A stretch of DNA of 64,000 nt from an uncultured Candidatus Saccharibacteria bacterium (GTDB lineage: Bacteria > Patescibacteriota > Saccharimonadia > Saccharimonadales > UBA4665). A model generated the notes under the pieces. The model made no database searches. It worked only from the letters and a program-made list of their open reading frames with translations, and was not told where the DNA came from. Shown piece by piece: positions 46,018 to 55,656 of the stretch. The stretch spans positions 238,994 through 302,993 of the forward strand of contig OY970151.1 in the NCBI GenBank assembly GCA_963706245.1, in the 5' to 3' direction. Every line of letters begins with the position of its first letter. Within the stretch, counting starts at the first letter, position 1. Both the position numbers and the translations under genes were made by a program.

Positions 46018-46761
46018 ATGTTTACAATGAACCAATCTTTTAGTAACTATAAGTTCCCACTTAAACTACAACTTTATGTAATAACTGGAACTATTGTCGT
46101 AGTGTCATTACTTGGCTGGGGCTTACTAAACTTAGCTCATGATAATCTTTCTCCTTCTACACGATTAGTCTCTTCAACCATTACCGGTACCTCAAACGGT
46201 GTTGTTGGCCCAACCGGCTTAACTGGTCCGCAGGGTCCACAGGGTGCAACCGGTCTAACTGGTGCTACTGGCCCACAGGGTCCGCAGGGCGCTACCGGCT
46301 TAACTGGTCCGCAGGGTCCACAAGGTGCGACCGGTCTAACAGGTGCCACTGGTCCCCAGGGTCCAATTGGCCTTACCGGTGCAACAGGTCCCCAGGGCCC
46401 AATTGGCTTAACCGGCCCTCAGGGCCCACAAGGTGACATTGGTGTTACTGGGGCTACCGGCGCGACTGGAGCAACCGGTGCTACTGGCCCGCAGGGTCCT
46501 ATTGGGATTACAGGTGATACAGGTCCTCAAGGCCCTGTTGGTATAACTGGTGCCACGGGCGCAACTGGAGCTACTGGCCCCCAGGGTCCTCAGGGCGATA
46601 TTGGTTTAACCGGTCCACAAGGCCCTCAAGGTGGGACCGGACTTACCGGAGACACCGGAGCTACAGGTCCTATCGGTCCTCAGGGTCTAACTGGTGACAC
46701 CGGCGCAACCGGTCCTCAGGGTCCCGGTGGGCGATACTGGTCCACAAGGTCCTCAAGGTGA
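46018..46761 (+). CDS. collagen-like (GXY)n surface protein, N-terminal part (TM anchor + triple-helix repeats); frame-disrupted
   Basis: N-terminal helix, then [16 protein letters not shown]... Leaves the GXY register at 46726. The likely true start is ATG 46027, 9 nt after GGAGAG. Confidence 0.75.
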   Translation: MFTMNQSFSNYKFPLKLQLYVITGTIVVVSLLGWGLLNLAHDNLSPSTRLVSSTITGTSNGVVGPTGLTGPQGPQGATGLTGATGPQGPQGATGLTGPQGPQGATGLTGATGPQGPIGLTGATGPQGPIGLTGPQGPQGDIGVTGATGATGATGATGPQGPIGITGDTGPQGPVGITGATGATGATGPQGPQGDIGLTGPQGPQGGTGLTGDTGATGPIGPQGLTGDTGATGPQGPGGRYWSTRSSR

Positions 46762-47266
46762 TATTGGCCTTACTGGTCCTCAGGGTCCACAGGGTGATAC
46801 TGGTTTGACAGGTGATACTGGTCCACAAGGCCCTATTGGTGAAACAGGTGCGACTGGTCCTCAGGGTCCAATTGGAATTACTGGAGATACCGGTGCAACC
46901 GGTCCTCGAGGTCCCACTGGCCCTCAGGGTCCTATCGGGATAACTGGTGCGACTGGCCCACAGGGTGCAGTTGGTATTACTGGCGCAACCGGTGCTACTG
47001 GTCCAGCTGGTCCCCAAGGGGCTACTGGCTTAACTGGTGCTACAGGTCCTCAGGGCACGACTGGTCTTACCGGTCCTGCTGGCCCAACCGGCGCAACTGG
47101 TTTAACGGGTGCCACAGGTGCGCAGGGTCCTATCGGTCTTACTGGCCCAGCTGGAGCCCAGGGTCCAATCGGTTTAACCGGTGCGACTGGCGCAACGGGT
47201 GCTACTGGAGCCACTGGCCCTCAAGGTCCTGCCGGTCCTACTGGTCCACAAGGTGCAGCTGGTCTA
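46207..47266 (+). repeat. coding Gly-X-Y triplet repeat tract (roughly 115-120 triplets)
   Basis: Continuous GGN-NNN-NNN periodicity with recurring GGTCCNCARGGN units. Confidence 0.9.
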
Positions 47267-47539
47267 CTTAGCGGCTCTACTATTGTTACTGGTACCCCCG
47301 TTGTTTCCTCAAGTTCCACGAACGCAGGAACGACAACAACTGGAACAGCTACTTGTGCTACCGGTAAGATCCTACTCGGTGGTGGTGCCTTTCTATCAAC
47401 AACCGGCTATGCTGATTTTGCACTAACGGCCTCATATCCTAGTAGCAGTACTACCTGGACGGCAACCGCTACGACTACAGTTAGTCAGTTTAACGGCAAG
47501 ACAGTGACTATTACGGCCTACGCAGTTTGTAGCGAATAA
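46694..47539 (+). CDS. collagen-like (GXY)n surface protein, C-terminal part with about 90-aa globular Thr/Ser-rich tail
   Basis: [16 protein letters not shown]... continues the repeat. Tail is ...[17 protein letters not shown]...[10 protein letters not shown]. Confidence 0.75.
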   Translation: MTPAQPVLRVPVGDTGPQGPQGDIGLTGPQGPQGDTGLTGDTGPQGPIGETGATGPQGPIGITGDTGATGPRGPTGPQGPIGITGATGPQGAVGITGATGATGPAGPQGATGLTGATGPQGTTGLTGPAGPTGATGLTGATGAQGPIGLTGPAGAQGPIGLTGATGATGATGATGPQGPAGPTGPQGAAGLLSGSTIVTGTPVVSSSSTNAGTTTTGTATCATGKILLGGGAFLSTTGYADFALTASYPSSSTTWTATATTTVSQFNGKTVTITAYAVCSE

Positions 47540-47566
47540 TAAAAATATTTGTAGAACCTATATAAA

Positions 47567-47591
47567 GGCCCGCAGAAATAGCGGGTCTTTT
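47567..47591 (+). terminator. intrinsic terminator after the collagen-like gene
   Basis: ggcccgc-agaaata-gcgggtc (one G-U pair) followed by tttt. Confidence 0.65.
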
Positions 47592-47847
47592 AAATTTATG
47601 ACTTCTTTAAGAGTTATCACTTATAAACAAGAATATGACATGATGTACGTATTACGTCGGCAGAGATACACTTCTTCGGGATGCCTGTTTTACGCCAACA
47701 TTTCGTGAGGTTGACGCAGTTGACTTTACACTAGAACAGATGGCCGAGGTGATTGCCAGGATTCATGTGATTGGTAGCTCTAGCCAAGATTTGACAGTAA
47801 CCAGGACTACTCCTCATACTAAGTAGTTGTAATGAGGGGAGTGATAT

Positions 47848-48585
47848 ATGGGGAAAATGATTGAAGTACAGGCCGATAAGCCAGTAGATGCCTATTTGGC
47901 TGAACCGTTAGGCCCAGTAAAAGGCAGTATTATAGTGATCCACGAAGTTTGGGGACTGGATAATCACATTAAATCGGTAGCTGATCGTTATGCCGCTGAA
48001 GGCTACATTGCTCTGGCCCCAAGTCTCTTTGAGCTGAAAGATCTCACTTCAGATGAAATTGCCAAGCTAAAAACTGACTTGTTTGACGAGGTAAAGCGAG
48101 TAGAAATTCAACCGCAGCTTAGAAAGCTTATGGCGCCGATGCAGGCTCCCGAATTTGGTGCACTGACAGATGGTCGAGTAAGGGCTTGTTTTAATTATCT
48201 ATACGATTTGCCGACAAGTAGTCAAAAAGTTGCTGTTACCGGCTTCTGTTTTGGCGGTACCCATAGTTATAGTCTGGCGGTGGCAGAGCCCAGACTGAAG
48301 CTAGCTCTGCCATTTTATGGGCACAGTGACCAGTCAGTTGAAGAACTAAAGAATATCACTTGCCCAATTAGAGCTTTCTACGGTCAAAATGATGAGCGTC
48401 TAATATCAGGACTTGACGATCTAAAAAGCCGAATGGCTGAGGCTGGTGTTGATTATTCGGCTAAAGTTTATCCAGACTGTGCCCATGCCTTCTTTAATGA
48501 TTCCAACCCGATTGTCTATAACCAAGCGGCCGCAGAGGATGCTTGGGAAGTAGCCAAAAGTGAACTAGCTAAAGTTATGAGCTAA
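47848..48585 (+). CDS. dienelactone hydrolase family protein
   Basis: GGGGAG RBS. VIHEVWGLDNHIKSVADRYAAEGYIALAPSLF and GFCFGG nucleophile-elbow motifs. Confidence 0.85.
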   Translation: MGKMIEVQADKPVDAYLAEPLGPVKGSIIVIHEVWGLDNHIKSVADRYAAEGYIALAPSLFELKDLTSDEIAKLKTDLFDEVKRVEIQPQLRKLMAPMQAPEFGALTDGRVRACFNYLYDLPTSSQKVAVTGFCFGGTHSYSLAVAEPRLKLALPFYGHSDQSVEELKNITCPIRAFYGQNDERLISGLDDLKSRMAEAGVDYSAKVYPDCAHAFFNDSNPIVYNQAAAEDAWEVAKSELAKVMS

Positions 48586-48592
48586 GGGAATT

Positions 48593-49060
48593 ATGCCCGA
48601 AGCACTTAGACAAGTGTCAATCGTGTTCTTACTTCGGGATAAGGCTATCTTACTGGCTATGAAAAAGCGCGGCTTTGGAGCTGGGCAGTGGAATGGCGCC
48701 GGCGGAAAGCCGGAACCGGGTGAAGCAATTGATCAGACTGCCAGGCGTGAATGTTTTGAAGAGATAGGTGTTAAACCGAAAGACCTCGATAAAGTAGCTG
48801 TCATTAACTTTTATTCCCAGGGCAAAGCGGGCGATAATCAGCAGGCTCATGTCTATTTCTGTGAAGACTGGGAAGGCGAACCTAAAGAGACCGAGGAAAT
48901 GCGGCCTCAGTGGTTTGAACTCGCTGATATTCCTTACGACTCTATGTGGGCTGGTGATAAATATTGGTTACCGCTAGTTTTAGATGGCAAAAAGATTGAA
49001 GCCGACTTTTACTTTGACGAGCAAAACAAAGTGGCTGATAAGCGAATAAAGATACTTTAA
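48593..49060 (+). CDS. NUDIX hydrolase (MutT-like)
   Basis: Nudix box GGKPEPGEAIDQTARRECFEEIGV. Confidence 0.85.
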   Translation: MPEALRQVSIVFLLRDKAILLAMKKRGFGAGQWNGAGGKPEPGEAIDQTARRECFEEIGVKPKDLDKVAVINFYSQGKAGDNQQAHVYFCEDWEGEPKETEEMRPQWFELADIPYDSMWAGDKYWLPLVLDGKKIEADFYFDEQNKVADKRIKIL

Positions 49061-49072
49061 TAGCTCTTAAAG

Positions 49073-50164
49073 CTATTTTGTTTTTAAGGTATCGTTATGA
49101 AGGGCATAGCCAGACAGCTTAACGCCCATATTTTCCATTCGATTGGAAAAACTGGCTAGGATTTCCTCGTCACCAGAGTGGAAGCTAAAGTCTCGTCCTT
49201 CCTTATTGGCACTACGGTCACGGCCATTTAGCTTATTTTCTGCAAAAATATTAACGTAAGCGACTTTAAGATTAGAAGCCTTTAATTCTCCGATAACATC
49301 GGCCGTAGCATCGGCGATGGCTAGGCGCTCGTTCAGGCTATAACTGACTCCGAGATTAGCATCTTGACGAATAAAACCGGTGTTTAACCAGACTGGCTTA
49401 CGGCCAAGTCTGGCCATAACTTCTTCGATCTCTTGAGGGTTCAGATAACCGGAAATGTCCGCTTTACCGTGTTTATCAAAAGTTATCCGCTGACTATTAG
49501 CGAAAGCCTGAAAGCCGACATTGTCTAGTCGGTTAGTGTCAACTTCACCTAACTGCGGCAATAGAGCGCCAACTTCACTGGTGTCGATCATATTGCTGGT
49601 GGTAACCGAGGCTACGCCGTCAATTTCCCTAAGAAACATATTTAGATTAGCTGCATAATCGCTAGGGTTTCCATTAAAGCCAGCTATGAATTCTGGGGCT
49701 AGGACGAACGTGCCTGGTCTATTTACACCTTTAATATCTAGTTCTCCAAAAAGAGTTTCAAAATATTCATGAACCAATTTTTGCTCGCTCGCTGGATCGG
49801 TTAAATTAAGCCCGTCCAGCTCCACTACATTTAGAGAAAATAATTTGGCTTTGGTGGTCTCAGCTATCTCGGTAGCTTGCCAGCTTGAGGCGCCCTCGAT
49901 AGAAACATCTAAAAACTGCATAGCGCCACTGAAGATGGTTTCATCGCCAACTCTTGCCTCCAGGTCGCCCAGTCCGGCCACAACCTCGTCGGGGCTTTCT
50001 ATTAAATCCCTGATCTGTTCGACATCAGCATATTGCTCGTCTACCCAATGTTTACCGAAACCAAGTGCTACGGCTACTGTCGCTGAAATGCCAACAAAAC
50101 CAAGAATTTCTCGCCGACTATATTTTCTAGCGGTTGGCTGAGGCTCTTTATCCATAACGTTCAA
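49073..50164 (-). CDS. hypothetical exported protein
   Basis: N-terminal SRREILGFVGISATVAVALG signal-like segment. Remainder unrecognised. Confidence 0.6.
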   Translation of the reverse strand: MNVMDKEPQPTARKYSRREILGFVGISATVAVALGFGKHWVDEQYADVEQIRDLIESPDEVVAGLGDLEARVGDETIFSGAMQFLDVSIEGASSWQATEIAETTKAKLFSLNVVELDGLNLTDPASEQKLVHEYFETLFGELDIKGVNRPGTFVLAPEFIAGFNGNPSDYAANLNMFLREIDGVASVTTSNMIDTSEVGALLPQLGEVDTNRLDNVGFQAFANSQRITFDKHGKADISGYLNPQEIEEVMARLGRKPVWLNTGFIRQDANLGVSYSLNERLAIADATADVIGELKASNLKVAYVNIFAENKLNGRDRSANKEGRDFSFHSGDEEILASFSNRMENMGVKLSGYALHNDTLKTK

Positions 50165-50301
50165 TTATGTCATGATCAGGGGTAATATGCAACCCTGGGA
50201 GCCTTTTTTGATTATTTTGTCAGTGAGTACCATGTTGACAAGTATGACAGTTAGACTACTATTAAAAATAAGATATTAAGCGATATTAGAGGGGAGAAAT
50301 T

Positions 50302-51048
50302 ATGCGTAAGTTATCAGCTAATCAGAGAGGGATAGCACAGCTTTATATAATTATTGCTGTTATTGTCGTCTTAGCCGGCGGTGGCATTATTGCCTATCAG
50401 GCAACTAAGAAATCAACACCCAATAGCCCTACCTCAAACTCGGCTAAGACTACTACTGCAACCGTCTCGAGTGCTTGCCTGAAGAGCTTTAATGATAGCG
50501 CACTCTGTGCTTTTGCCGAGCACACCAACATTGCCTCTCAGCAATATGTAGCTATCGGCACAGCCACGACCGGTTCGGGAACGAGTTCGACTTTTACGGT
50601 CTCTAACGATGGCAAGGGCAACAGCGAAGTAACTTATGGCAGTAACGGACAAGAGATTTCTTCAATTACTCTTAACGGTGTTACCTATGTCCAGGATGGT
50701 ACCGGCACAACTTGGCTGGAGTATTCATCTTCAACACTTGGCACTACGACCACCGTGCCTAACCCAACCAGTGGCTTTAATCTTAATTTCAATACTTCTA
50801 CGCCGGCCGGTGTGACTGTTACCAAAGTTGGCACTTCAGCTTGTGGTAGTTTGACTTGTTATGGTTATAAAGTGGTTGACGCTTCGACGCCAACAACTAC
50901 CGCCTACGTCTATTTTGATACACATAACTATTTGCTCCGTCACTGGACATCGTCAGACACCACTACCGGCGTAAACGTTAACCTAACCTTTAGCTATAAA
51001 TCAGTGACGATAACTAAACCTTCACCTGTCCAGCAAGTCACTACTTAA
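50302..51048 (+). CDS. membrane-anchored Thr/Ser-rich hypothetical protein
   Basis: GGGGAG RBS, one N-terminal helix, extracytoplasmic T/S-rich domain. Confidence 0.6.
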   Translation: MRKLSANQRGIAQLYIIIAVIVVLAGGGIIAYQATKKSTPNSPTSNSAKTTTATVSSACLKSFNDSALCAFAEHTNIASQQYVAIGTATTGSGTSSTFTVSNDGKGNSEVTYGSNGQEISSITLNGVTYVQDGTGTTWLEYSSSTLGTTTTVPNPTSGFNLNFNTSTPAGVTVTKVGTSACGSLTCYGYKVVDASTPTTTAYVYFDTHNYLLRHWTSSDTTTGVNVNLTFSYKSVTITKPSPVQQVTT

Positions 51049-51816
51049 ATCTAGATCTTCTGGGCCGCCATCTATAATTCTCAGCGCTCGGGCAACCGTT
51101 GAGGTTACTTGTTCTTTAACAGCGCCACTTATGTAGCCATCTTGTGAGTTGGGGCTAGTTTCGCCGGGTGTCATCTCTAGGTATTCAGTAACATTGAAAT
51201 AGTTTTTATCAACCGGATCGCCTTGTATTCTCCAGCCCGATAATCTCTGCTCGGGTTTGAACTGTTCTAGTGCCATACTAAGACCTCGTAGGATAATGCC
51301 GCTGACAACTGCTGTGTCATCGCTAACATCTAAAGCCTCCTGGGCGTTAGGGTCTAAGTAAAAATCGCGGATATTAGCCCAAGGGCCGGGCGGAACAATC
51401 ATTTTAAGCCCGGCCTCTGATTTCCATAGCGGCTTTGGTACCTTACGGTCGTGAAGCTCGGCGTGGCCGTTAGTATTATTAGCCACAATAACCCCACCAA
51501 CAACTTTGAGTTCCTTGTTAAAACTAATAGCAATTATTGATTTTCCAAATAGGTTGCCATCTCTTAAGCCACCTTTTTTGCCAACCCTAGAGTTAGGGTT
51601 GCGGATACCTTCCTGCCAGGCATCGAAATTTTTTATTCCAGTAATGCTAGCTAGTCGTTCGGGATTATCGGCAAGTGCTGCTTCTCGATCAGCTACATAG
51701 ACTGCGTGGAAGTCTCGCCAAACATATTCCGGCATAGCTTTAGCATTAAACGGTACAACGCTTCTTATGCTTGTGCGATTATTAAAGTTTACAATTGGTT
51801 TTGGTTTAGAAGACAT
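51022..51816 (-). CDS. hypothetical protein
   Basis: 264-aa ORF with no recognised motif. 27-nt convergent overlap with the 50302 gene. Confidence 0.55.
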   Translation of the reverse strand: MSSKPKPIVNFNNRTSIRSVVPFNAKAMPEYVWRDFHAVYVADREAALADNPERLASITGIKNFDAWQEGIRNPNSRVGKKGGLRDGNLFGKSIIAISFNKELKVVGGVIVANNTNGHAELHDRKVPKPLWKSEAGLKMIVPPGPWANIRDFYLDPNAQEALDVSDDTAVVSGIILRGLSMALEQFKPEQRLSGWRIQGDPVDKNYFNVTEYLEMTPGETSPNSQDGYISGAVKEQVTSTVARALRIIDGGPEDLDLSSDLLDR

Positions 51817-51927
51817 GGCTCTTATAGACTCCTTTTATTGAAAATATTGTACCATATTTTGCTAAATATTGCTAGTCTTGAACAACATTAATTGATTATT
51901 ACCTAGTATTATGTTATAATCATATAA

Positions 51928-52599
51928 ATGCAAGAATCTGTCTCTCTGCCTGAAATAAGGCAAACCAATCGTTTAAGAGCCGCTTTAGGTCAAATTTATA
52001 ACTCCGGGGCGCTCCTGATCGCCGGGGTCATGGTATCGGCTGAGACTATTGATAGAGGTGCCTTTGTTGTCCGTGCCGATAACCCAGTACCACTGGAAGC
52101 AGAGAGGGCAATTCCCTCAGCTTTCATTACCCCCGAGGGCGACTATAGCAGAGCGCTTGGAGTCAGCGCCCAGGTTGGCCTAACGGCTCTTGGTGTTGGC
52201 TTGGCTCGTAAAACCTCGTCATTGCCTGAGGTGGCTGGCGTCTCCCTGACTGCTCAGCTAGTTGGCTGTGCGGCCGATGCTGCGGTTGAAAGAACTAACT
52301 TGCTGACTCATGCTGAAAAAGCTCAAGAAGACGTTGGCTCGTCGTCTATTTACGTGGCATTGATTGGAAAATATTTGCTTGATAAACACGCCGAGGCAGA
52401 GAATAAGCTACCCTGGCGTGTTGGGATTGGGGCTTTTGTGACAGGAGCAGTAGTATTGATACCTCTAGCAGAGGGTAGTGGCGGTGGTGGCAAACTGGAC
52501 GTTGTCTCTCACACTGCTAGTTTAGTTGTTGCCTACGGTGCCCACAAATTCTCAGAGTTCAAGAAATCGCGCCGACCCAACCATGAATCAGCTAAATGA
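51928..52599 (+). CDS. hypothetical membrane protein
   Basis: 223 aa with several Ala/Gly-rich hydrophobic segments. Confidence 0.5.
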   Translation: MQESVSLPEIRQTNRLRAALGQIYNSGALLIAGVMVSAETIDRGAFVVRADNPVPLEAERAIPSAFITPEGDYSRALGVSAQVGLTALGVGLARKTSSLPEVAGVSLTAQLVGCAADAAVERTNLLTHAEKAQEDVGSSSIYVALIGKYLLDKHAEAENKLPWRVGIGAFVTGAVVLIPLAEGSGGGGKLDVVSHTASLVVAYGAHKFSEFKKSRRPNHESAK

Positions 52600-54163
52600 C
52601 AATTGGATCGTCGGTAAAGTCAGCTTTCTTAGAAAAATAGATTATGCCGCAAACTAAACCGGTAGCGATTAACATTGTACCGGCAATATTTAGAGCAATC
52701 GTTAGACCGCTGCCGAAGGCTGCATAGGCAGCATTAGTTACCTGAGTTACCAGCTGAGCGTGCTTAATAAGTATTGACGGTGATATTGCAACTCCGGGTG
52801 GGGTGTTGCCACCGTGCGTGATAGCGTAGACTGCAAATGACTGAAAGTTAGCCGGTAAGCCCAGGGCTTTTAGTTGCAAGGCTAATTTAGAAGTTAACTG
52901 AGCGTTTACAATTGAACCAAGGACAGCTACGCCAAAGACACCACCAAGTTCCCTGAATGTATTAACGGTTGAGGCGGCCATGCCGGATCGCTCCTGGGGC
53001 ACAATGTTCAAAACTGAGGAGGTCATGGTTACCAGGCTTACTCCAAAGCCGATTCCCGATATAACCAGTGCCCAGGCCAGCGTCCCGGCGCTGACGTTCG
53101 GTTGAATAACGCTATTAACAATAAATATACCGCCGCCGGAGATTAAGCAACCGGCAATTGTTAATTGGGTGGTATGATGCGCGGCGTTCCAGCGACCGGC
53201 CAGTAGAGCACCGGTAACAATAGCCGCCGTCATAGCTAAAAAGGCTAGGGCTATGTCATATCCGGAAAAGCTGGCAATTAACTGCAGGTAAAGCGCAACA
53301 AAGAAAAAGACCGCGAAGATTCCAAAGTTAGTGGCAAAGGCCACAATATTGGCTATAGAAAACTGTAGCCTTTTAAAGTATTTGAGCGGCAAGACCGGAT
53401 CTTTTTTCTTTGATTCAATTATTACAAAAGCGATAGCCGAGATAATTGAGCCAACAAACAGAAATACAATCCAACCACCACTATATCCACTTTCCTCGCC
53501 ACTTATTAAAGCTCCAACCACCCCACTGATAGCCAGTCCACCGGCGATTAATCCGGCTAAATCCAGTTTTCGGCCTTTGGGATCAGAGCTTTCCGGCAGG
53601 TATAGCCAGCCGGCAATAAACGCGACAAGACCTAAGATCGCTGAGAAGGCAAAGACGCCACGCCAAGAATAAAAACCGATTATAACGCCGCCAATTATTG
53701 GGCCGAAGGCTAGAGCAATGCCGCTAACCGCTGCCCATATACCAAGTGCCTTAGAGCGGGCTGCTCGTTCCGGATATAGATGGCGAATCATTGATAATGT
53801 GCCCGGTTCGCTGGCTGCGGCACCGACACCCATAATTATTCGTCCGGCGACTAACATCCCGACCGTATCGGAAAAGGCGGCAAGGACTGAACCGGCTATA
53901 AACAGGGCTACACCACCCAGCAGGACTTTCTTGCGCCCCCAGATGTCGCCTAGGGTGCCACCGGTTAACATAAAGACTGCAAAGACTAACATGTAGGCGT
54001 CAACAATCCACTGCAGATCCTGGACGCCAGCACTCAGTGAAGACTGAATACTTGATAGAACTACACTAACAATGGTGTTATCGAGGAAGGTTAAGAAGAG
54101 AATTACACAGATAATGACTAAAGAGCGTCGATTGGATGTTAATCGCTTAACTGCTGCCAGCAC
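52592..54163 (-). CDS. MFS transporter, DHA2 (EmrB/QacA-like, 14 TM), intact
   Basis: FLDNTIVSVVL, GTLGDIWGRKK and 14 hydrophobic helices. Confidence 0.9.
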   Translation of the reverse strand: MLAAVKRLTSNRRSLVIICVILFLTFLDNTIVSVVLSSIQSSLSAGVQDLQWIVDAYMLVFAVFMLTGGTLGDIWGRKKVLLGGVALFIAGSVLAAFSDTVGMLVAGRIIMGVGAAASEPGTLSMIRHLYPERAARSKALGIWAAVSGIALAFGPIIGGVIIGFYSWRGVFAFSAILGLVAFIAGWLYLPESSDPKGRKLDLAGLIAGGLAISGVVGALISGEESGYSGGWIVFLFVGSIISAIAFVIIESKKKDPVLPLKYFKRLQFSIANIVAFATNFGIFAVFFFVALYLQLIASFSGYDIALAFLAMTAAIVTGALLAGRWNAAHHTTQLTIAGCLISGGGIFIVNSVIQPNVSAGTLAWALVISGIGFGVSLVTMTSSVLNIVPQERSGMAASTVNTFRELGGVFGVAVLGSIVNAQLTSKLALQLKALGLPANFQSFAVYAITHGGNTPPGVAISPSILIKHAQLVTQVTNAAYAAFGSGLTIALNIAGTMLIATGLVCGIIYFSKKADFTDDPIVI

Positions 54164-54193
54164 GGGCGGGCTCCCTTGTCTTTATATGTTTAT

Positions 54194-54682
54194 CTAGGTT
54201 GTCTTGCAAACTGCTGGTTTGCTACCATCAAGAGCTAGCAGTTGACAGAGAGTGGCATCAGACACTTTCCAGACGCCGCCTACTTTAACGGCACTGCCGG
54301 CTTCGTTCTTCAATACAACTTGACCCCCAAGCGTACCGGTGTAGACAACATTAGCTGCTGTTGTAGAGGTTAGATTGGTAGAGTTAATTGTCGAACTAAA
54401 AGATTCTTGGCCTAATGCCGCAAATTCGCTAGAGATAATTTGAGCAAACTCGGAGCCGTTTTGGAGTAGGTTCTCCCGAGTTTGAAGCGAGGCTGTTGGG
54501 CCAAAGAAAGTTCCCCAGTTAGTATCAATTTGTGCCTTAGCGCTGCTAACTTGAGCTGGTGTCAAGGAAGCTAGGGTGTTCTTATCTTTATGTCTGACAA
54601 CTAGAACTAGTACGATTACAATTACTGCAACCACTAGAACCGATATAACGCCCATCACTTTTTTATTAGCTTGATTCGCCAT
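54194..54682 (-). CDS. membrane-anchored hypothetical protein
   Basis: GGAGGAG RBS, one N-terminal helix, about 120-aa external domain. Confidence 0.6.
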   Translation of the reverse strand: MANQANKKVMGVISVLVVAVIVIVLVLVVRHKDKNTLASLTPAQVSSAKAQIDTNWGTFFGPTASLQTRENLLQNGSEFAQIISSEFAALGQESFSSTINSTNLTSTTAANVVYTGTLGGQVVLKNEAGSAVKVGGVWKVSDATLCQLLALDGSKPAVCKTT

Positions 54683-54746
54683 TACTAACTCCTCCTACTA
54701 AGTATTATTACTTTTCAGTATACACCCTGGTGCAAGTCTCCAGCGA

Positions 54747-54971
54747 TTAACCAATATCTTCGATATCTTCAAGCCTTATTGGGATACCTGTATTACCGAA
54801 ATATTCACTATCTTGCATTTGTTCAATATTGGTAAGCGCACGCTGTCTTCTGGCTATTTGAAGCGAACCAATAAAGCGGCCTACCGGCGTTCTAGCTGTA
54901 TCCCGTCTCAGCGAAACTTCGTGAAGCTCGTCTATAATTCTAGCTTTTCGCTGAGGATTAGTCTCGTCCAT
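54747..54971 (-). CDS. small hypothetical protein
   Basis: 74-aa ORF in a free interval. Confidence 0.45.
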   Translation of the reverse strand: MDETNPQRKARIIDELHEVSLRRDTARTPVGRFIGSLQIARRQRALTNIEQMQDSEYFGNTGIPIRLEDIEDIG

Positions 54972-55035
54972 AGTGATTATTAGACTCTAAGCTCTAAGTT
55001 ATGTCAACATTAGAGATCGAAGTACTACTGCAAAG

Positions 55036-55590
55036 CTACAATCTTGGGTCGTCGTTTGGTAAACCAGGTTGTTCGAACCATTTTTGGTCAATGTCAGCAT
55101 CTGAATAGCCTTCTACCATCAGCCCTATTACTACCGCCAACCCTTGAGTATTGCCTTGAGCCAGGATGAAGTTGCGACCATATTGATCGGCTATGGTGTT
55201 AGGCAGTAGGTTATCGGCTAGGCTTAAATCAATTTGAGCATTTCGATCTCCTCCGTAGACTCGTCGCAGTCTACGACCATTTAGCGTGGCAATGTAGCTA
55301 TGAGAATCGTTGCGGTTGCTGGCGGGCGTAAGCCAGACGGTGCCTATAGGCGTATCGTTTTTTGAGACAACTATTGATTCGTACTTGGACTGCGCCGAGT
55401 AGCCGGGATCAACTTCCGGTGGATTTTTATGGACAGTCACTAGTCTTCCGTCGGGTAATGCTATCTCTGTTCTCATAGCCAGGTCGTAACTGAATAAACT
55501 GTAACGACGTACTCTCCTGTCTGCAAAGGTTTCAGTAACCTCTAGTAATTCATGACTTTTTGCACTCCTGGGTGGGGGGAATAGATTCAC
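55036..55590 (-). CDS. hypothetical protein
   Basis: 184-aa ORF with no signal peptide and no motif recognised. Confidence 0.55.
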   Translation of the reverse strand: MNLFPPPRSAKSHELLEVTETFADRRVRRYSLFSYDLAMRTEIALPDGRLVTVHKNPPEVDPGYSAQSKYESIVVSKNDTPIGTVWLTPASNRNDSHSYIATLNGRRLRRVYGGDRNAQIDLSLADNLLPNTIADQYGRNFILAQGNTQGLAVVIGLMVEGYSDADIDQKWFEQPGLPNDDPRL

Positions 55591-55656
55591 TCATATTTCG
55601 AAATAATAATATAAAACATCAATTATGTCAATATCGCTATATCTGTAATGACTGGA

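Noticed and set aside
46207-47266. Highly periodic DNA that could be mistaken for a CRISPR or satellite array.
   Set aside because: The periodicity is 9 nt (GXY codons) inside an open reading frame. There is no repeat-spacer structure. No CRISPR-like array was seen anywhere in the window.
24000-47847. Search for tRNA, tmRNA or riboswitch-like elements in the larger intergenic gaps (24000-24548, 26133-26565, 30204-30611, 32334-32581, 36032-36195, 47592-47847).
   Set aside because: I could not fold any cloverleaf with conserved T-loop or D-loop features, nor recognise any known riboswitch core by eye. A covariance-model scan would be needed to exclude them.
49073-50164. N-terminal SRREILGF, considered as a twin-arginine (Tat) signal.
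   Set aside because: The motif is suggestive, but I cannot see Tat components in the window, and a single RR before a helix is common in Sec signals and anchors. Left as 'exported, mechanism unknown'.
50302-50420. N-terminus NQRGIAQLYIIIAVIVVLAGG, considered as a type IV prepilin signal.
   Set aside because: It lacks the G/(F,M)TLxE pattern, and in particular has no Glu at +5. It is more likely a plain membrane anchor.
1029-53996. Many ORFs in the six-frame track lie inside, antisense to or out of frame with strongly supported genes. Examples: 1029..1265, 1551..1781, 4376..4564, 5475..5881, 6035..6379, 6575..6760, 8619..9093, 9323..9559, 9738..9935, 11244..11621, 14538..14726, 16698..16973, 18085..18387, 19146..19355, 20110..20609, 21498..22086, 23241..23900, 27651..27969, 29225..29428, 29909..30133, 31220..31408, 31553..32181, 32935..33135, 33302..33493, 34770..35156, 34865..35137, 35715..36031, 36737..37120, 38259..38441, 39307..39504, 40718..41688, 43297..43569, 43924..44115, 44508..44738, 46137..46349, 46670..47017, 47181..47426, 48650..48850, 49845..50141, 50434..50652, 51506..51891, 53331..53996, 55709..55897, 56192..56428, 56701..56898, 58936..59169, 59899..60150, 61404..61592.
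   Set aside because: Each overlaps a gene that carries recognisable catalytic or structural motifs or a clear repeat register. Their translations are low-complexity or mirror images of the real frame, and none has a convincing RBS.
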